Origin: Prorocentrum cordatum
Lineage: Eukaryota
NCBI GenBank assembly: GCA_963575745.1
Contig: CAUYUJ010000225.1
Coordinates: forward strand, 930,001-994,000
Direction of reading: 5' to 3'
DNA length: 64,000 nt
In this document: positions 13,300 through 25,174 of the stretch, piece after piece
Layout: every line of letters begins with the position of its first letter
How positions within the stretch are numbered: position 1 is the stretch's first letter
Notes under the pieces: model-generated
The model's database searches: none
What the model saw: only the letters and a program-made list of their open reading frames with translations
What the model was told of the DNA's origin: nothing
Made by a program: the position numbers and the translations under genes

Positions 13300-15200
13300 C
13301 GACAGGGCAGGAGGAATCAGCTGTCCCATCCACGTTCCGCCCCAGCTGTTCCAGCCGCGCGCGCGGCAACTGGCCCGGGGGGCTCGGTCCGCGCGCGCTC
13401 CTCAACGGCGACGTCCAAGAGCCGAGCCCTCTCGGGGCAACGCATCGCCGAGAAGTGGCGGAATCGCCGCCCCACATTGCCCGCGCTCGTCTTCCAGGCC
13501 AGGATGAGCTCCACAAGCGACGGCCGCTGCCCGGCTCGGGCCACTCTTTCGCAGCGCGGCCCCATGCCTGCCGAGCGCCGCGCCCGCCTCGATGGCGCAA
13601 CTCAGCCCGCTGCAACTTTCGCAGCCGCTGGGAGGGCTGCCGCATCCACTGGCAGTGCTGCCTCTTGGCTGATGAGAATCAAACAGGCTTCGACCTTCCT
13701 CGAGTCCGCGCCCGCGGCAGACACGCGGGGGGCAGGCGAATCGCTGTGAGCGCGCGCAGCCAGGGATGCTCTGGGCGATGCAATTCCATAGCTTCCTTTG
13801 TGCCGGCAGCCACTCTCTGCGCTCGTCGAAGGGCCGCCTCGGCGGCGTCGCAGGCCCGGGGCCCCGCGGCCCAGTCGCCGACGCCCGCGTTTCGGGCGCT
13901 GGCGCCATACATGTGGAACGCCTGCAGGGCGACGCCTGCGTCGCTGCAGGGCGCACGCAGAATCGCCCTCTCGCCGAACAACGCTTCCAGCTTCGGGGGG
14001 AACTCGTCGGCCCTGGCTCGCGCCGCTGCAGCGTCGGGATTGCGAAAGTCTGCGTCTGGGGTCCAAGAATGACTCCGCGGCCTCGCCCAACCGATGACGC
14101 GCGGGAAGGGGGGGGGCGGGGCGGGGGGGTGGCAGCCGACGTTTTTTCGCGAGCGCGAGTTCGTCGCCCAGCTGCCGCAGCCCCGCTGCGCGGCGGAATG
14201 CTGTTCGCGTGGACAGAAACTTGGGCAGCAAGCGGTCCGTCCGTCCGCGGCCGCGATCTCATCGTCGCCATTCATAGAACTGGCCAGAAGCCTCCGCGCG
14301 GAACGCGCCTCGCCCCGCGTATGCAAACGTCAGCTGAGGGTCGCGTGGCCATCGTGGCCGCGGGGGCATTCAGATCCGCCCCTTCGCTACGCCACGCCCG
14401 CGTCCTCCCGCGCGTGCCCGCGCATTTCCACGCGCGGCCCCCCGCCCGCCGTCTGGCGCGCGCGACGGACGCAGCCCCCTAGCATGGAAACCTGGCCATC
14501 GCAATTCGCGACGCGCGGGGATTCCGGCACTCCGATCGACCGCTCCACGACCCAGGGCCCTTCGGAACCCAGCTTTTCCAGCCGGCCTGTCTCTCCCACT
14601 GCTGATGGGCATAAGCCCGAGGCCGCTGGCATAGACTGCCATGTCATGCCAGTCTCGGCCAGGCGAGACCGTCCGCGCCCAAACGAAAAACAACAGCCTT
14701 TTTGGGAATCCTCCGCGTCGCGAGCTTCTCGCACCGAGCCACTGTGGACGCGATCGTTGTAGAGGGGGCGCCAAGACTTCGAAGCCGCCCCCGAGGATGG
14801 GGACCCTGGCGCAAATCCAAACTCCTGAGCGAACTGGACGTCTCTAGAAGAAGACGGGCGGACACTACTGCATGGGAACCAGCTCGAGGGTCGACCGCGC
14901 AGACGACGACGGGCGCTCGCGGTGCACTTACTGCAGCCTTCGGTATCGCGGTTGGAGCTGGTGCAGCTGTTGCAGATGCTGGGAGCACTGAAACATGGAA
15001 GCCCTGCTGCGATGCTTCCTCTCGCATCCGCTTTTCCGACGCATCGGCCGCTGTCCTGCGCTCCTAGCACCTGGCGTGGCGCACTAAGGCTTGGAGGTGG
15101 ACTCCCCGACGCCGAAGTTGGACAAGCACCCGTTTCCCTGGAATACCGCGCGAAACAAGCAGACTGCAAATCCACCCGCGTAGCCTAGCGAAGTCTCCTA
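13300..15200 (-). pseudogene. Possible highly decayed hAT-like transposase
   Basis: LVELILAWKTSAGNVGRRFRHF resembles the hAT dimerisation motif (S-x2-VER-x-F). Protein-like blocks lie upstream (KLEALFGERAIL...AFHMYG...HPWLRAL). Confidence 0.3.
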
Positions 15201-17639
15201 CCTTAGGATTGCTGGACTCGTCGCGCTGCTCTTACAGGGTCCCGAAACCATAATGGTCAACCTACTCGACGACTCTACTGGGGGCCGACTTCGCTGTTCC
15301 AGCTGCGGCCGACTGCGGACTGCCAGCCTCGGCATCGCCGTCGCCATCGTCCGAACTGCTCGGCGCAGCAGCAGCGCTGTTTTGAACAGCCGCCCCGCCA
15401 GACCCATACGCGACCGACCCGTCCACCATCGACGCGGCCGCGGGGCACCACATCGGCGCCGGAATCATCGGACTCCACGTCGGCATCAGCCTCGGCCTCG
15501 CTGAGGGATTTCGCTTCTGCAGCCTCGGCCTCGCCATCACCATCGTCACGGCTGCACTGCGCAGCAGCATAGCAGCTCGGAACCGCCGCCCCGTGCGACC
15601 CGCCCGCAGGCGCGCTGCTGGGGTCAGCCAGGTCTGGGCTCGACGCCCCCCCCCCTCTCGGCTGCGTCAGAGGCCGCCGCTGAATCAGACTCGGGGAGGC
15701 CAGTCTCGAGGCAGCGCTAGACATCGCCGCTGACACGACAAGAGTGGTCAGCGGAGAGAGGCGTTCGAGCCGACACGGCCGCGACGGGGAGGGTAAGGAT
15801 GAGGAGGAGGAAGAGGAGGAGGAGGAGGAGGTGGAGGAGGAGAAGGAGGAGGAGGAGGGGGAGGAGGAGGGGGAGGAGGAGGAGGAGGAGGAGGAGGAGG
15901 AGGAGGAGGAGGAGGAGGAGGAAGGCGAACAATGAACACACTGAACACTGCGCCCCCACGTCACGAGGGACGGCCCTACCAGGGGCGGGGCGGCTGTGCC
16001 TCGGCGCCGACGCATCTGCAAAACAAATCACGAGCAGGGGAAACGGGAGGAGGAGGAGGAGGAGGAGGCGGAGGAGAAGGAGGAGAAGGCGGAGGAGGAA
16101 GAGGAGGAGGAATGGGGGCGACGAGCCGGCCAGCAGGCTCACTCACCTTGAGTATGCTGTTGTCCCTGCACATGAGGCTCCTCCAATCGAGACCATGGAA
16201 TACTATCCGGCGCAATGGTTTGCCGGTCCTCTCCGAAACCCGTGTGGATGACTTCTGCAACGTCATCAAGCCACATGTTGTTGGGTCGGTGTGGCAACCT
16301 CCTTGCACGCATATTGGTCGCGGCTGGGTCCCATAATATCGCCTTTCGGTTCCATTTGCCAACGTCGTCGTTGATCGAGGAAGAAGGAAGAAAACACTTC
16401 GAGGAGAAGGAGGATGAGAAGGATGAAGCGGATAACGAGGAGAAGCAGGAATAGGAGGAAGGGTCTCAGGAGGACGAGAAGACCATTATAAAGAGCACGA
16501 GCAGGACGATGGCATTGGAGGGAATTGGGACGGGACGATGATGATGGGCCATCGTCATCATCAGCATCATCACCATCATCCCTATCACCCAAAACCACCA
16601 TTCACAAGCATCAACAGATCGTCATCATCACCATCGGGAACGGCAGTCACAAAGAAGCAACACAATCGGCACACTAAAAACTCGCGCTACCGACAGCCAG
16701 ACCTTCATGGGACTTCAACACTGCGAATCAGTATGACGGTTGCGCCCTGACAATCCTTAATCGTGCCAGAACCACATGGCCGGGCCTTCAGCACATCGAA
16801 CCGGAGTTTTTGCTGCGTCATGCCAATCCTAAATCGCGAAACAAAAGCAATCATTCCTGGTACGTCAACCATACGAACCCTTCAAAGTGCTCCAGGCGTT
16901 CCAAGCGAACGTGCGCGGCGCCGGAGCTGGAGCCACATTTTGCGAAGGAGCCGCCCTCCATCGTTGAAGCGGTTGCAGGTTTTGGACACCATCTGCACAG
17001 CGCTGAAGCGAAAGCCACGTGTTGGAAAGGAGCAGGCCGCCACCCTTGAAGCCGCTGCAAACGTTCAAGACGAATGCACTCGGCGCTGAAGCGAGAGCAG
17101 CCTTCTGAAAACGATCCGCCCTCCACCCGTGAAGCTGCTGAGCAACACTGCAAGGCGAATGTGCGTGGCGGCAACGTTGAGAGCCACAGTTTGGAACGAG
17201 CCGCCGCCAAAATCCATGAGCTGCGGGACTCCAACGAAACGCCCCGTCCGCCCTGCCGACACACTTCTGGAGGCGCGACAAGGGGGGGCCGCTTCGAAGG
17301 GAAGGGAATCGAGGGGGAGGAGGGGGAAGGAGAAGGAGGAGTGGGCAGGAGGAGGAGGAGGAGGAGGAGGAGGAGGAGCAGCAGGAGAAACAAAAGGAGG
17401 AGGAGGAGGAGGAGGCGTAGGCGAGATAGGAGGCGGAAGAGGCGGAACAGGACCCGGAAATAAAAGAAAGAGAAGGATGAGGCCGAGGAAGGGGGGTCGT
17501 CGTCGTCCTCCTCCTCCTCCTCTCTCCTCCTTCTCCTCCTCCTCCTCCTCCTCCTCCTCCTCCTCCTTCTCCCCCTCCTCCACACATTCCTCCCCCCCTC
17601 CTCCTTTCCCTCCTCTAAATTCACTGGAACCTCGGAACG

Positions 17640-19300
17640 AAGGCCCAGTGTCGCATGCCACGCACGTGCAAAACCAAATGAGTGCACGGGGAAGGGTACC
17701 CAGACCTCCCTCGTGCTGGTTGGGATCATCCCTCCACGGCTCATCTTCAGCACTCGCGCCGTTCCATCCGGAGGCCTGCCGAAGCAGCGCGACGCCAAGT
17801 CCTCAACCTGCCATGCCGCCTGGCGACCGCAGGCCATACAAAAGACGAGCTTTTGATTCAGGACCATGTCCAATTAGTCTCGTGCTCCTTGGCCAGCACT
17901 CTGGGAGTGCGTGGGCATCCGTCCCAGACGACGGCACTTCGCTTCTCGCAGGTCCTGCCGCGAGGCCTGCGCTTCCAAGGCCCGCCTTCGAGGTGTCGGA
18001 GGTGGTTCTGCTCATCGGGGCCACTGATTGTGGTGACCAGTGGCTGGCCCCCCCTAGACATGGCTGCGGTTTGCTCTTTGGCATATTCGTCCTACATTAT
18101 GGGGGCCAGGTTCACTTCACTTGCCTAGCGTGCTTCCGAATAAACGAACCAACTGCCCACCTGCTTCCTCAGCTGCTGCTAATCTGTGCTCTGCATGGGC
18201 TACAGAAGGGTGGCCCATTTCTCCTGGCTTGGCAAACTTGTCAACTGCGGCGTTCCCTGGAACCACTCATCCGGGAGGTCGTGAGCTCTGCGCCAGGTCC
18301 TAGATTGTGGGACGGCATCCAAACCACACCGATACTGCTGTCCTGAATCCTCCAGACAATCTGCCTCCAGAGCAGCCTATGATGTTGGGTTGAATCGCGC
18401 ATCACCTCTGGGCCCCTCTCGGGGGCTGACAGCAAGCTCTCGTGAACTCGACGATGGTCGCTCGAGCGCCCATCAGCGTGAGGGCCATCAGGAACGCGCA
18501 GTGCTCCGCGAGTCCTAGAGACTGCGCCAAACCTGGAAAAGGACCGCAAGCAGCTGGCATCGCCTTCTTGATGCATGGCCTGAGGAAATAATTCGTTTAA
18601 CCCAAACGCACCAACCGACCGATGTCTGGATATATAGCCCAGGCCCGTCGGTTAAGATCAAGTGACCTAGATGACCCATCCTGAAGGCCGTATCATCTGA
18701 CAATGCTCGGAGTGCAGCAGTGGGGGGAGATCATCTCGCTGCCTGTCCGCGCAGCCGAAGTCAACTAGCTGGTTATCTGGGTTCTCTCTGCCAATAGAAA
18801 GAAGCCCCTCGAATCCCTGCTCTCTCCTCCAAGACTCCAGCCCATCGCGCAGGTGCAGCCGGCGTGAAGCGGCACAAGCACCACCTGCAGTCTGGAAAAC
18901 TACTGAAACGCTCTTGATACAGCCTGCGCTGAGTCCACGGGCCTCCTACCATGTGCCCAATCATGAAATCAGCCTGCACCACAAGCCCTTGCCCTTGAAG
19001 TTCTTTGATCTCTAGCTCTACGAGAACCCAGGAAAGCAAAATCGCTGCAACCTTGATAACCGGCTGCTGCCTGCTCCTCCGACCTTTTGAGTCACAGCTG
19101 AAGCACAGCCTTGAAAGTGGAGGCGCACGCCCATTTCAGATCAACCTGGGGCCCTCGGGGATCAACCCAGAAGGTGATAAGGGGCCACCCCCTCTTCTGG
19201 AAATGCGGCCACCAAAACGCGGCCACGACGGACACAAAGGCCTGGGGCTCCCAGGTTGGGCAACCCGCGACGGCGGCTCCTGCACCGAGGACGCGGCAGA
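17640..19300 (-). mobile_element. 3' fragment of an RNase H-bearing LINE
   Basis: GGPWTQRRLY...DCRWC (zf-RVT-like), LILTDG (RNase H start), and C-terminal VFCMACGRQA...LASRC...RGGMIP. Heavily frameshifted. Confidence 0.55.
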
Positions 19301-20396
19301 ACCACGGCGCGTTGTGGGCGCCGCGGAGGATAGCCGCAGGGCCCCCGGCCCCACAGAGCGCACGGACGCTCCCAAGTTGCACGGCGACGACAGCCCTTAC
19401 GGGCACTTGGGAGCCCGAGGTGACGGCGAGCAGGGACGTCGCAGGAAGACTCCCCGCCGTGAGCGCTTGTCCCGCTATGGTCAGAAGCACCGTGACGAGT
19501 GCCACGGGCAGCAGCGCTTGGAACAGGCCTCAGACCACGGCCCCTGCCAACACACGCGCGGCCGTGAATGCCGCAAGGGGCAGTGCATCGACGCACGCTG
19601 GCACCCAAATGTCGGGGCCTGCGCTGCCAGGGCCAGGCGGGGCCGCGATGGCGCTGCTCGCGCTGGGCGCACCACTGGCCGACGCCGCGCAGGAGCGGAA
19701 GTGGTGTCTACAGTGAAGCTCGGCGCCGGTAGTCGCCAGGCCCAGTGGGCCTGGGGGAGAAGGAGCTGCCCAGGCGGGCAAGGCGGGTGTGTGTGCGTGG
19801 CCAACGGGCGGCTCACGTGCTGCCCCCGCGCGTACTGTCGCTCGCGGCGCTGGTAGCTGGTCGCACTCCTGGGGATCGACTCCGCCGTGCTGCTCGGCGT
19901 CGTGCTGCAGGTCCCGGCCGCGCGGCCCTTCGGTATGGTTGTCGTGCTGCAGGTCCCGGCCGCACGACCCCACGATATGGTTCTCGCCGCACTGCCTGTC
20001 GCACACACAGGTCCGAGGCAGATGGCGCATGATCCCGTCTGGCTACTTAATGCCGCGGTCCTCGGCTCCGCCCTGCTGCTCAAAATCGCGCTGCTGGCGG
20101 CACTGCTTGCTGCCCACGTGGCACTGAGGCTGATGGGACCGCCTCGTGCCGCTTAACGTCGTGGTGATCGACCGTGTCGTGGTGCTGCGCGTCGTGGTGC
20201 TTGTTCCGAATGTGCCTCTCCAAGGCGTGGTGCTGCCGGGTGCACTGCTCGACTCTATCGTTGATGTGGGGCTGATGCTGTGGGTTCCTGGCGTGTAGCC
20301 CAAGGTCGCGGTGCCCGACGCTGTCGTGCTGCTCAGCGTCAAAGTGCTGGTCACAGACCTGCTGCTCAAGGACGCGTTGCTGGAAAAAGTACTGCC

Positions 20397-20562
20397 TGTA
20401 AATGATGCGTTTTACCTGCAGCGAGGGCTTAACAAAGCCGTGATGCCAAAGGCTGAAAGGTGCACCTGAACGCACAGGCAATTTGGGAAGAAACGCCATC
20501 GGCATGCGAGCGCATACACATGTACACAATATACGCATGTCAACTAAGCTCGCACATTCACA
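20397..20562 (-). repeat. 3' LTR (166 bp)
   Basis: Near-identical to 28398-28563 and preceded by the TSD ctgcc. Confidence 0.95.
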
Positions 20563-20719
20563 CTGATCTTAAAACATTGTTCCCGAAATTGGCTGGAACA
20601 CGAATGCACGGATTATCTGATTATTGTCGCCGTCAGGCGTAAAATAAACACCACAAGATACGAAAGCTATGCAAATGTAAACGTGATTGCTCGGCGCTCA
20701 GGCACAAAAGAAAAACAGT

Positions 20720-23700
20720 TCACTGGCCCTCGTCCGGGCCTGGCAAATTCCTCGGGATGCGCAGCGAACCCGAGACCAAGCGACAGAACTGACCTGTCAA
20801 ATCCATCGTCTTAGTGAGAACATCGGCCAACATATAAGCTGTGGGGACCCACCGCATCGGCACATCTGCCACGTTCATACTCTCGCGGGGGTCCACGGCA
20901 GCCTCCAGCTGCATGGCCTCACGCAGCCAAGCCAGATCCATGATCCGGCGCTTCTCCTGCGGGAGCTTACCGGCGTCCCGCTGGAGGGTGCCGTACAGCG
21001 ACTTGCAATCCGTCACACACGTGATCGGGAGCATACGAATGTTGGCTAGCATCTCACGGTTGGTCACATCTAGGTCGGCATACATCATCTCGAGTATCAC
21101 AGCGCGCACAAACTCTGCTGAATCAAACGCCTCGGTACAACTCTGAGTCTCGGCAGCGAAGGTACTCCTAGCCACGCGCGGCAGCGTGTGGCTTCTCCAA
21201 TCCACCAGGATCGCCTTTCCCGGGCGTCCTTCAGCAACTGCACGCTCGCACAGGTAGACCAGGTACCCCGCCTGCGAGTGGACCTTCTCTCCTTGAGCGA
21301 TCCGACGTAGGGCCTCATCCTCGGTGAGTGCGTTGCGCCATGCAGCGTCGTGGTAGACTATCAGGCACCCCGGGGACTCCACGTCCAGCTTGGGGATGTG
21401 AAACTTCTCGCTGGCCGAACTCTGCAGCACTCCGATGGCCTTGTTGACGTCCAGCAGGTCTTGGATGCAGGGGGCATTCTGCTTGCGCTGGGCCATAGAT
21501 ACCGCACACGACAGGTCGGGTCTCGTCTCTCGAGCTGGCCATCCCAAACTGCCGACTGCACTGCGATTGTCCGCGATCTCGCGGGCATTACACTCCAGGC
21601 TCGGATCACGCTTCCGGGCCTTGTCGATCTCGATCGGCTCGAGCCTGCCCTCGATGAAGGTCGACTGGCCCAGCAGGAAACCTCCTTCTGGGTCCGCCTG
21701 CAGCAGCTTCCCGCAGAACACCACAGGCACGTGACGCCACTCGCCGAAGTTGAAGAGACCTCGAACTCCCTGACGTAGGGCCTGCGACCTCGTGGCTACG
21801 AGGAGATCGTCAGCATGTACGCAGACCAAGATACACAGCCTGCCGTCCTCGTTGAAGCCGCGGAACACCGTCGGGTCGAGACGGGACTGCATCATGAGGA
21901 TAGGCTTGCCATCCTCGTCCTTCAAGTCCGCCTCGACCAGGCCCCGACGCAGACGTCGCCACCACAGCCGCGGCGCATCCGCAAGCCCGAAGATGCCCTT
22001 CTTGACCTTCAGGAGGCACCGAGGGTCCATATTCGGCAGGCCCTCCTTGGGCTGAGACATGTAGAGCTCCTCGGCACGCCCGTGCTCCTCGCCCTGCATG
22101 AAGGCACACTCGATGTCGCCGGCCACGATATCGAAATCGTACGCCGCCGCCACTGCCAGGAAGGTGAGCACCGAATGCCTTGACACGGTCGGTGCGTCGG
22201 TCCTGAGCCCCATCGCGAGGTCCGGGTCGCTGTGGCCACCACGGCACAGCCGAGCCTTCGGCTTGGGCGGCGCGTCCTTGACTCCAGCGTTCTTGTTCCG
22301 GTAGAGGAACCTCGACGTCAAGATGCGGCTCTGGTGGGCTCGCTCACGAACCTTCTGACTTTCCTCGACTGAGGGCGGCTCGACGGCGTCGTAGTTCTCC
22401 CACTGCTTCCACTGCAACTCGGCCACCTCGCGATAGAGGGGGCGGTCGCTGGCTGGAATCATGTTCCATGGCATCTCCTTTTCCAGCGCTCGACGTTGCA
22501 GCCTGGTCGTGTTCCAGCTCCGCTTCGCGATCAGGCCGAAACTGAAATTGGCGAAATGAACGGGCTGTTCCGGATGATCGCCTGGGTGCTGAAGCGGTCC
22601 GACAGGGAACGGACGGAACACCTGGCCCTGCCGGGCTTGTAGAGCCGCCCGGCGCTTCTTGAACTCCTCCTTCGCGCATGGAACTCCTTGTTCGGGCAGA
22701 GCTGGCTGAGAGGGCGTCGCTGTCGACGCGGGAGGCTCCACGCGGGTCGACGACGCGGGCCCCGATGATGCAGCTGCCTCCTGCCGCTTGCGGGGCGGCT
22801 CGTCCTCCAGGCGCTCGGCAGCGTCAGCCGGGCGCTTGTCCCTCTCGATCTCCTCGATCTCCAGCTCCAACTCTCTCGCTCGCTCCTCGAGGGTGTCCCC
22901 GAGGTCCTCGCCTTCTCTCCGCTGTAGAGGTTGGGCCTTCTCTTCTGCTTCACGTGGTCCCCGCCCTCGGTCGTCTTCGTACTCTGGCTGGTCCTCCTTC
23001 TCGACCTGGCGGATGAGTTCGTTCAGCTCCTCGACGTTGGGATCGTCGCCCTGACCGGGCCACCAGATCTCCTCATCCTCAGCGGGTCGGAGCTGCTCGT
23101 GAGAAACTTGAACGGTCCCAGCACCATGCGAGAGCCAAAAGTTGGACGCTCCCGCTGGGCCGATGACGACGGCTGGGCCTCGCCACTCATGGAGCTTCGT
23201 CCCCTTGCGCAGCCGCCAGTAGAACACCAGGTCACCGTTCTGGTAGTTGATGCAGGTGACCCTCGGCTTCCGCAAGAGTGCTCGACGGAGCGCTTGACTA
23301 TTCTGCAGCTCCACGAAGGCCGTCCGCGCAGCCGTGCGGATAGCCATCCTCCTGGCGAGCTCCGTGGACACGCGATGCATGCTGTGCTCTGCAATTTGGC
23401 CGGGTCGATCGATCAGGTCGGCAGACATGTTAGGCGAGCATCCGTACACCCATTGCGACGGTGAAAAGCCGCAGATCCGACGCATGTCGTTCTTGGCCTG
23501 GCAGGTTTCCCAGACGGCGGTCTCAAGGTCACCGCGGCTCGTGACTGACTTGTGCTCGACGACGCGGTTGACCATGAGCTTGAGCCAGCCGCCATGCCGC
23601 TCAGCGCGGCCGTTCTGCCACTGCGCCTGGCCCGCCACGACCTTGACGCGGATCCCCATCATGTCCATAGCCTCCTGAAGCTCGGTGTAGAACATGCCGT

Positions 23701-25174
23701 CTGGGTCTAGCCTGACCACGCTAGGCGGTCCAGCAGGCCACAGCTCTCGGAAGACCTTAGCCACGGTGGCTGGCTTCCTGTTCTTCAGGTAGCGTGCGAC
23801 GTGGTACGTCGTGGAGGCCTCGACGAGCGACAGGAACAGGTAGGGCTTCCCGTGCACGTTCCGAAGGTAGAGGCCGTCGACGCCCAGCTCGTCATTGAAG
23901 CCGCCGACGGGCGACAGGCGAGATACTCGATGAGATCCCGCAGCAGGCTTGGTCCTGTTGCACGTAGCACAGCGCAGGTGCTTGGCGCCGCGGACGAGGG
24001 CATCGTCCGCGCCGTTGAGCCTCAGGTTCCTGGCCAGGTCGTCGTTCGAGGGATGCCCGAGGTTCTGGTGAAGGCGTCGAAGGTGAGATCGAACCTCCAG
24101 CGGCAGAATGCCAGCCTTCTCCCCGAACGAGATCGCTCTGGAGCCCATGGGCTCCTCCTCGGGTGCCTCGTCGTCCTCGTCGTCGACGTCCGCCGCCATG
24201 GCCTGGTAGCTCTTGTTGCGCACCTCCTCGAACGCGTCGACGATGCGCCGACTGAAGTCCTTGGTGTAGACCTGGCTCCAGGAGATGCCCTTACTGCCAT
24301 AGCCCTTCAGCTCCGCGTGGTCGTGGTCCTCTGTGCACCGCAAGCCGCAGTGCTCCTCGAAAGGTGCGTGAGTCGCCAATATCCTCGTAGGCTTCTTGAC
24401 TGCCTTCCCGGTCTGAGGGCAGGTGAGGCCGTGCGCGCACATGTCAGTCTGGAACTCGACCACGCCTGGCAGTTGCCTGAGCCTCTTCCACGGGCCCTCG
24501 TTCCAAGACTGCCCCAGCCACGGGTGCTCCAGCACAGCCATGCGTCCGCCCTCGTACTGCATCCCGAAGAGCTTCTCGACTAACTTCAGCGTCGGCAGCT
24601 CCTTCAGCCGCGCCCGCTGCGGGCGCTGCTTGTCTCCCTTGAACACGAGGTTCTGCATGTGGCTCCAAATCCTGCAGGTCGGCTCGAGCACCAGGCAGTC
24701 TGGCTTCTCGCGATCCACGAAGTCGATCAGCTGCTGCTGGACATTCGGCTTCTTGAGATCGTCGCCGTACTCGATGTCCCAAGGCTGGCCGACACGAAAA
24801 CCTCGACGGGCGGCCTCGCGCGATGCCGCGGCCTTGCCACCCCAGATCTCCACGAAGTTGATATTGGCGCCGTCCTCGTCGACCGCGACGCGCACCTCCT
24901 TGGCGGCGGGCTCCCCCGCGGCCCTGGTGAAGCTGGCAAGGTTGAGGCCAGCCGACTCGCCGATGGTCGCCGCGAGGCGCATAGCTGGCAGCGTCCACGA
25001 AGTCAGAGCGCCACGAAGCCCGCTAATCACGCGCTTCTTCATCCCGCGGCGCAGGGGCCGCTTCACTTGACCAGCTGGAAACCGAGATCGAGGTGGTTCA
25101 TCAGCTCCTTGTCCTGGTCGGTCTCGGCCGCGTTCGACTCGGCCTCCGCCTCGCTCAGCTCGGACTCGTCGCTC
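20720..25174 (-). CDS. pol: Copia Pol part: C5-methyltransferase-like + integrase + RT + RNase H (same frame as gag, after one TGA)
   Basis: HHCC zinc motif HQNLGH...CATC. Integrase GVDGLY / RLDPDGMF / QNGRAERH. RT KARL..GH.DPD, DAPT, DIECAFMQG, KGIFGLADAPRLWW, VHADD. RNase H YHDAAW, STFAAE, TDCKSL, LADVLTK. The frame is open from 25174 to 20720. Confidence 0.93.
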   Translation of the reverse strand, partial: ERRVRAERGGGRVERGRDRPGQGADEPPRSRFPAGQVKRPLRRGMKKRVISGLRGALTSWTLPAMRLAATIGESAGLNLASFTRAAGEPAAKEVRVAVDEDGANINFVEIWGGKAAASREAARRGFRVGQPWDIEYGDDLKKPNVQQQLIDFVDREKPDCLVLEPTCRIWSHMQNLVFKGDKQRPQRARLKELPTLKLVEKLFGMQYEGGRMAVLEHPWLGQSWNEGPWKRLRQLPGVVEFQTDMCAHGLTCPQTGKAVKKPTRILATHAPFEEHCGLRCTEDHDHAELKGYGSKGISWSQVYTKDFSRRIVDAFEEVRNKSYQAMAADVDDEDDEAPEEEPMGSRAISFGEKAGILPLEVRSHLRRLHQNLGHPSNDDLARNLRLNGADDALVRGAKHLRCATCNRTKPAAGSHRVSRLSPVGGFNDELGVDGLYLRNVHGKPYLFLSLVEASTTYHVARYLKNRKPATVAKVFRELWPAGPPSVVRLDPDGMFYTELQEAMDMMGIRVKVVAGQAQWQNGRAERHGGWLKLMVNRVVEHKSVTSRGDLETAVWETCQAKNDMRRICGFSPSQWVYGCSPNMSADLIDRPGQIAEHSMHRVSTELARRMAIRTAARTAFVELQNSQALRRALLRKPRVTCINYQNGDLVFYWRLRKGTKLHEWRGPAVVIGPAGASNFWLSHGAGTVQVSHEQLRPAEDEEIWWPGQGDDPNVEELNELIRQVEKEDQPEYEDDRGRGPREAEEKAQPLQRREGEDLGDTLEERARELELEIEEIERDKRPADAAERLEDEPPRKRQEAAASSGPASSTRVEPPASTATPSQPALPEQGVPCAKEEFKKRRAALQARQGQVFRPFPVGPLQHPGDHPEQPVHFANFSFGLIAKRSWNTTRLQRRALEKEMPWNMIPASDRPLYREVAELQWKQWENYDAVEPPSVEESQKVRERAHQSRILTSRFLYRNKNAGVKDAPPKPKARLCRGGHSDPDLAMGLRTDAPTVSRHSVLTFLAVAAAYDFDIVAGDIECAFMQGEEHGRAEELYMSQPKEGLPNMDPRCLLKVKKGIFGLADAPRLWWRRLRRGLVEADLKDEDGKPILMMQSRLDPTVFRGFNEDGRLCILVCVHADDLLVATRSQALRQGVRGLFNFGEWRHVPVVFCGKLLQADPEGGFLLGQSTFIEGRLEPIEIDKARKRDPSLECNAREIADNRSAVGSLGWPARETRPDLSCAVSMAQRKQNAPCIQDLLDVNKAIGVLQSSASEKFHIPKLDVESPGCLIVYHDAAWRNALTEDEALRRIAQGEKVHSQAGYLVYLCERAVAEGRPGKAILVDWRSHTLPRVARSTFAAETQSCTEAFDSAEFVRAVILEMMYADLDVTNREMLANIRMLPITCVTDCKSLYGTLQRDAGKLPQEKRRIMDLAWLREAMQLEAAVDPRESMNVADVPMRWVPTAYMLADVLTKTMDLTGQFCRLVSGSLRIPRNLPGPDEGQ
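24230..24870 (-). other. Cytosine-5 DNA methyltransferase-like domain within Pol
   Basis: Ordered motifs: I FVEIWGGKA (24856), IV PDCLVLEPTC (Cys at ~24676), VI AVLEHP, then DMCAHGL and KKPTRIL (VIII-like), then C-x3-H-x-H and SQVYTKDF. The layout matches DNMT domains reported in dinoflagellate retrotransposons. Confidence 0.82.

Noticed and set aside
20563..20565. Extending both LTRs by the shared ctg
   Set aside because: TG...CA ends and the CTGCC TSD fix the boundaries at 20562 and 28563; the extra match is coincidental.
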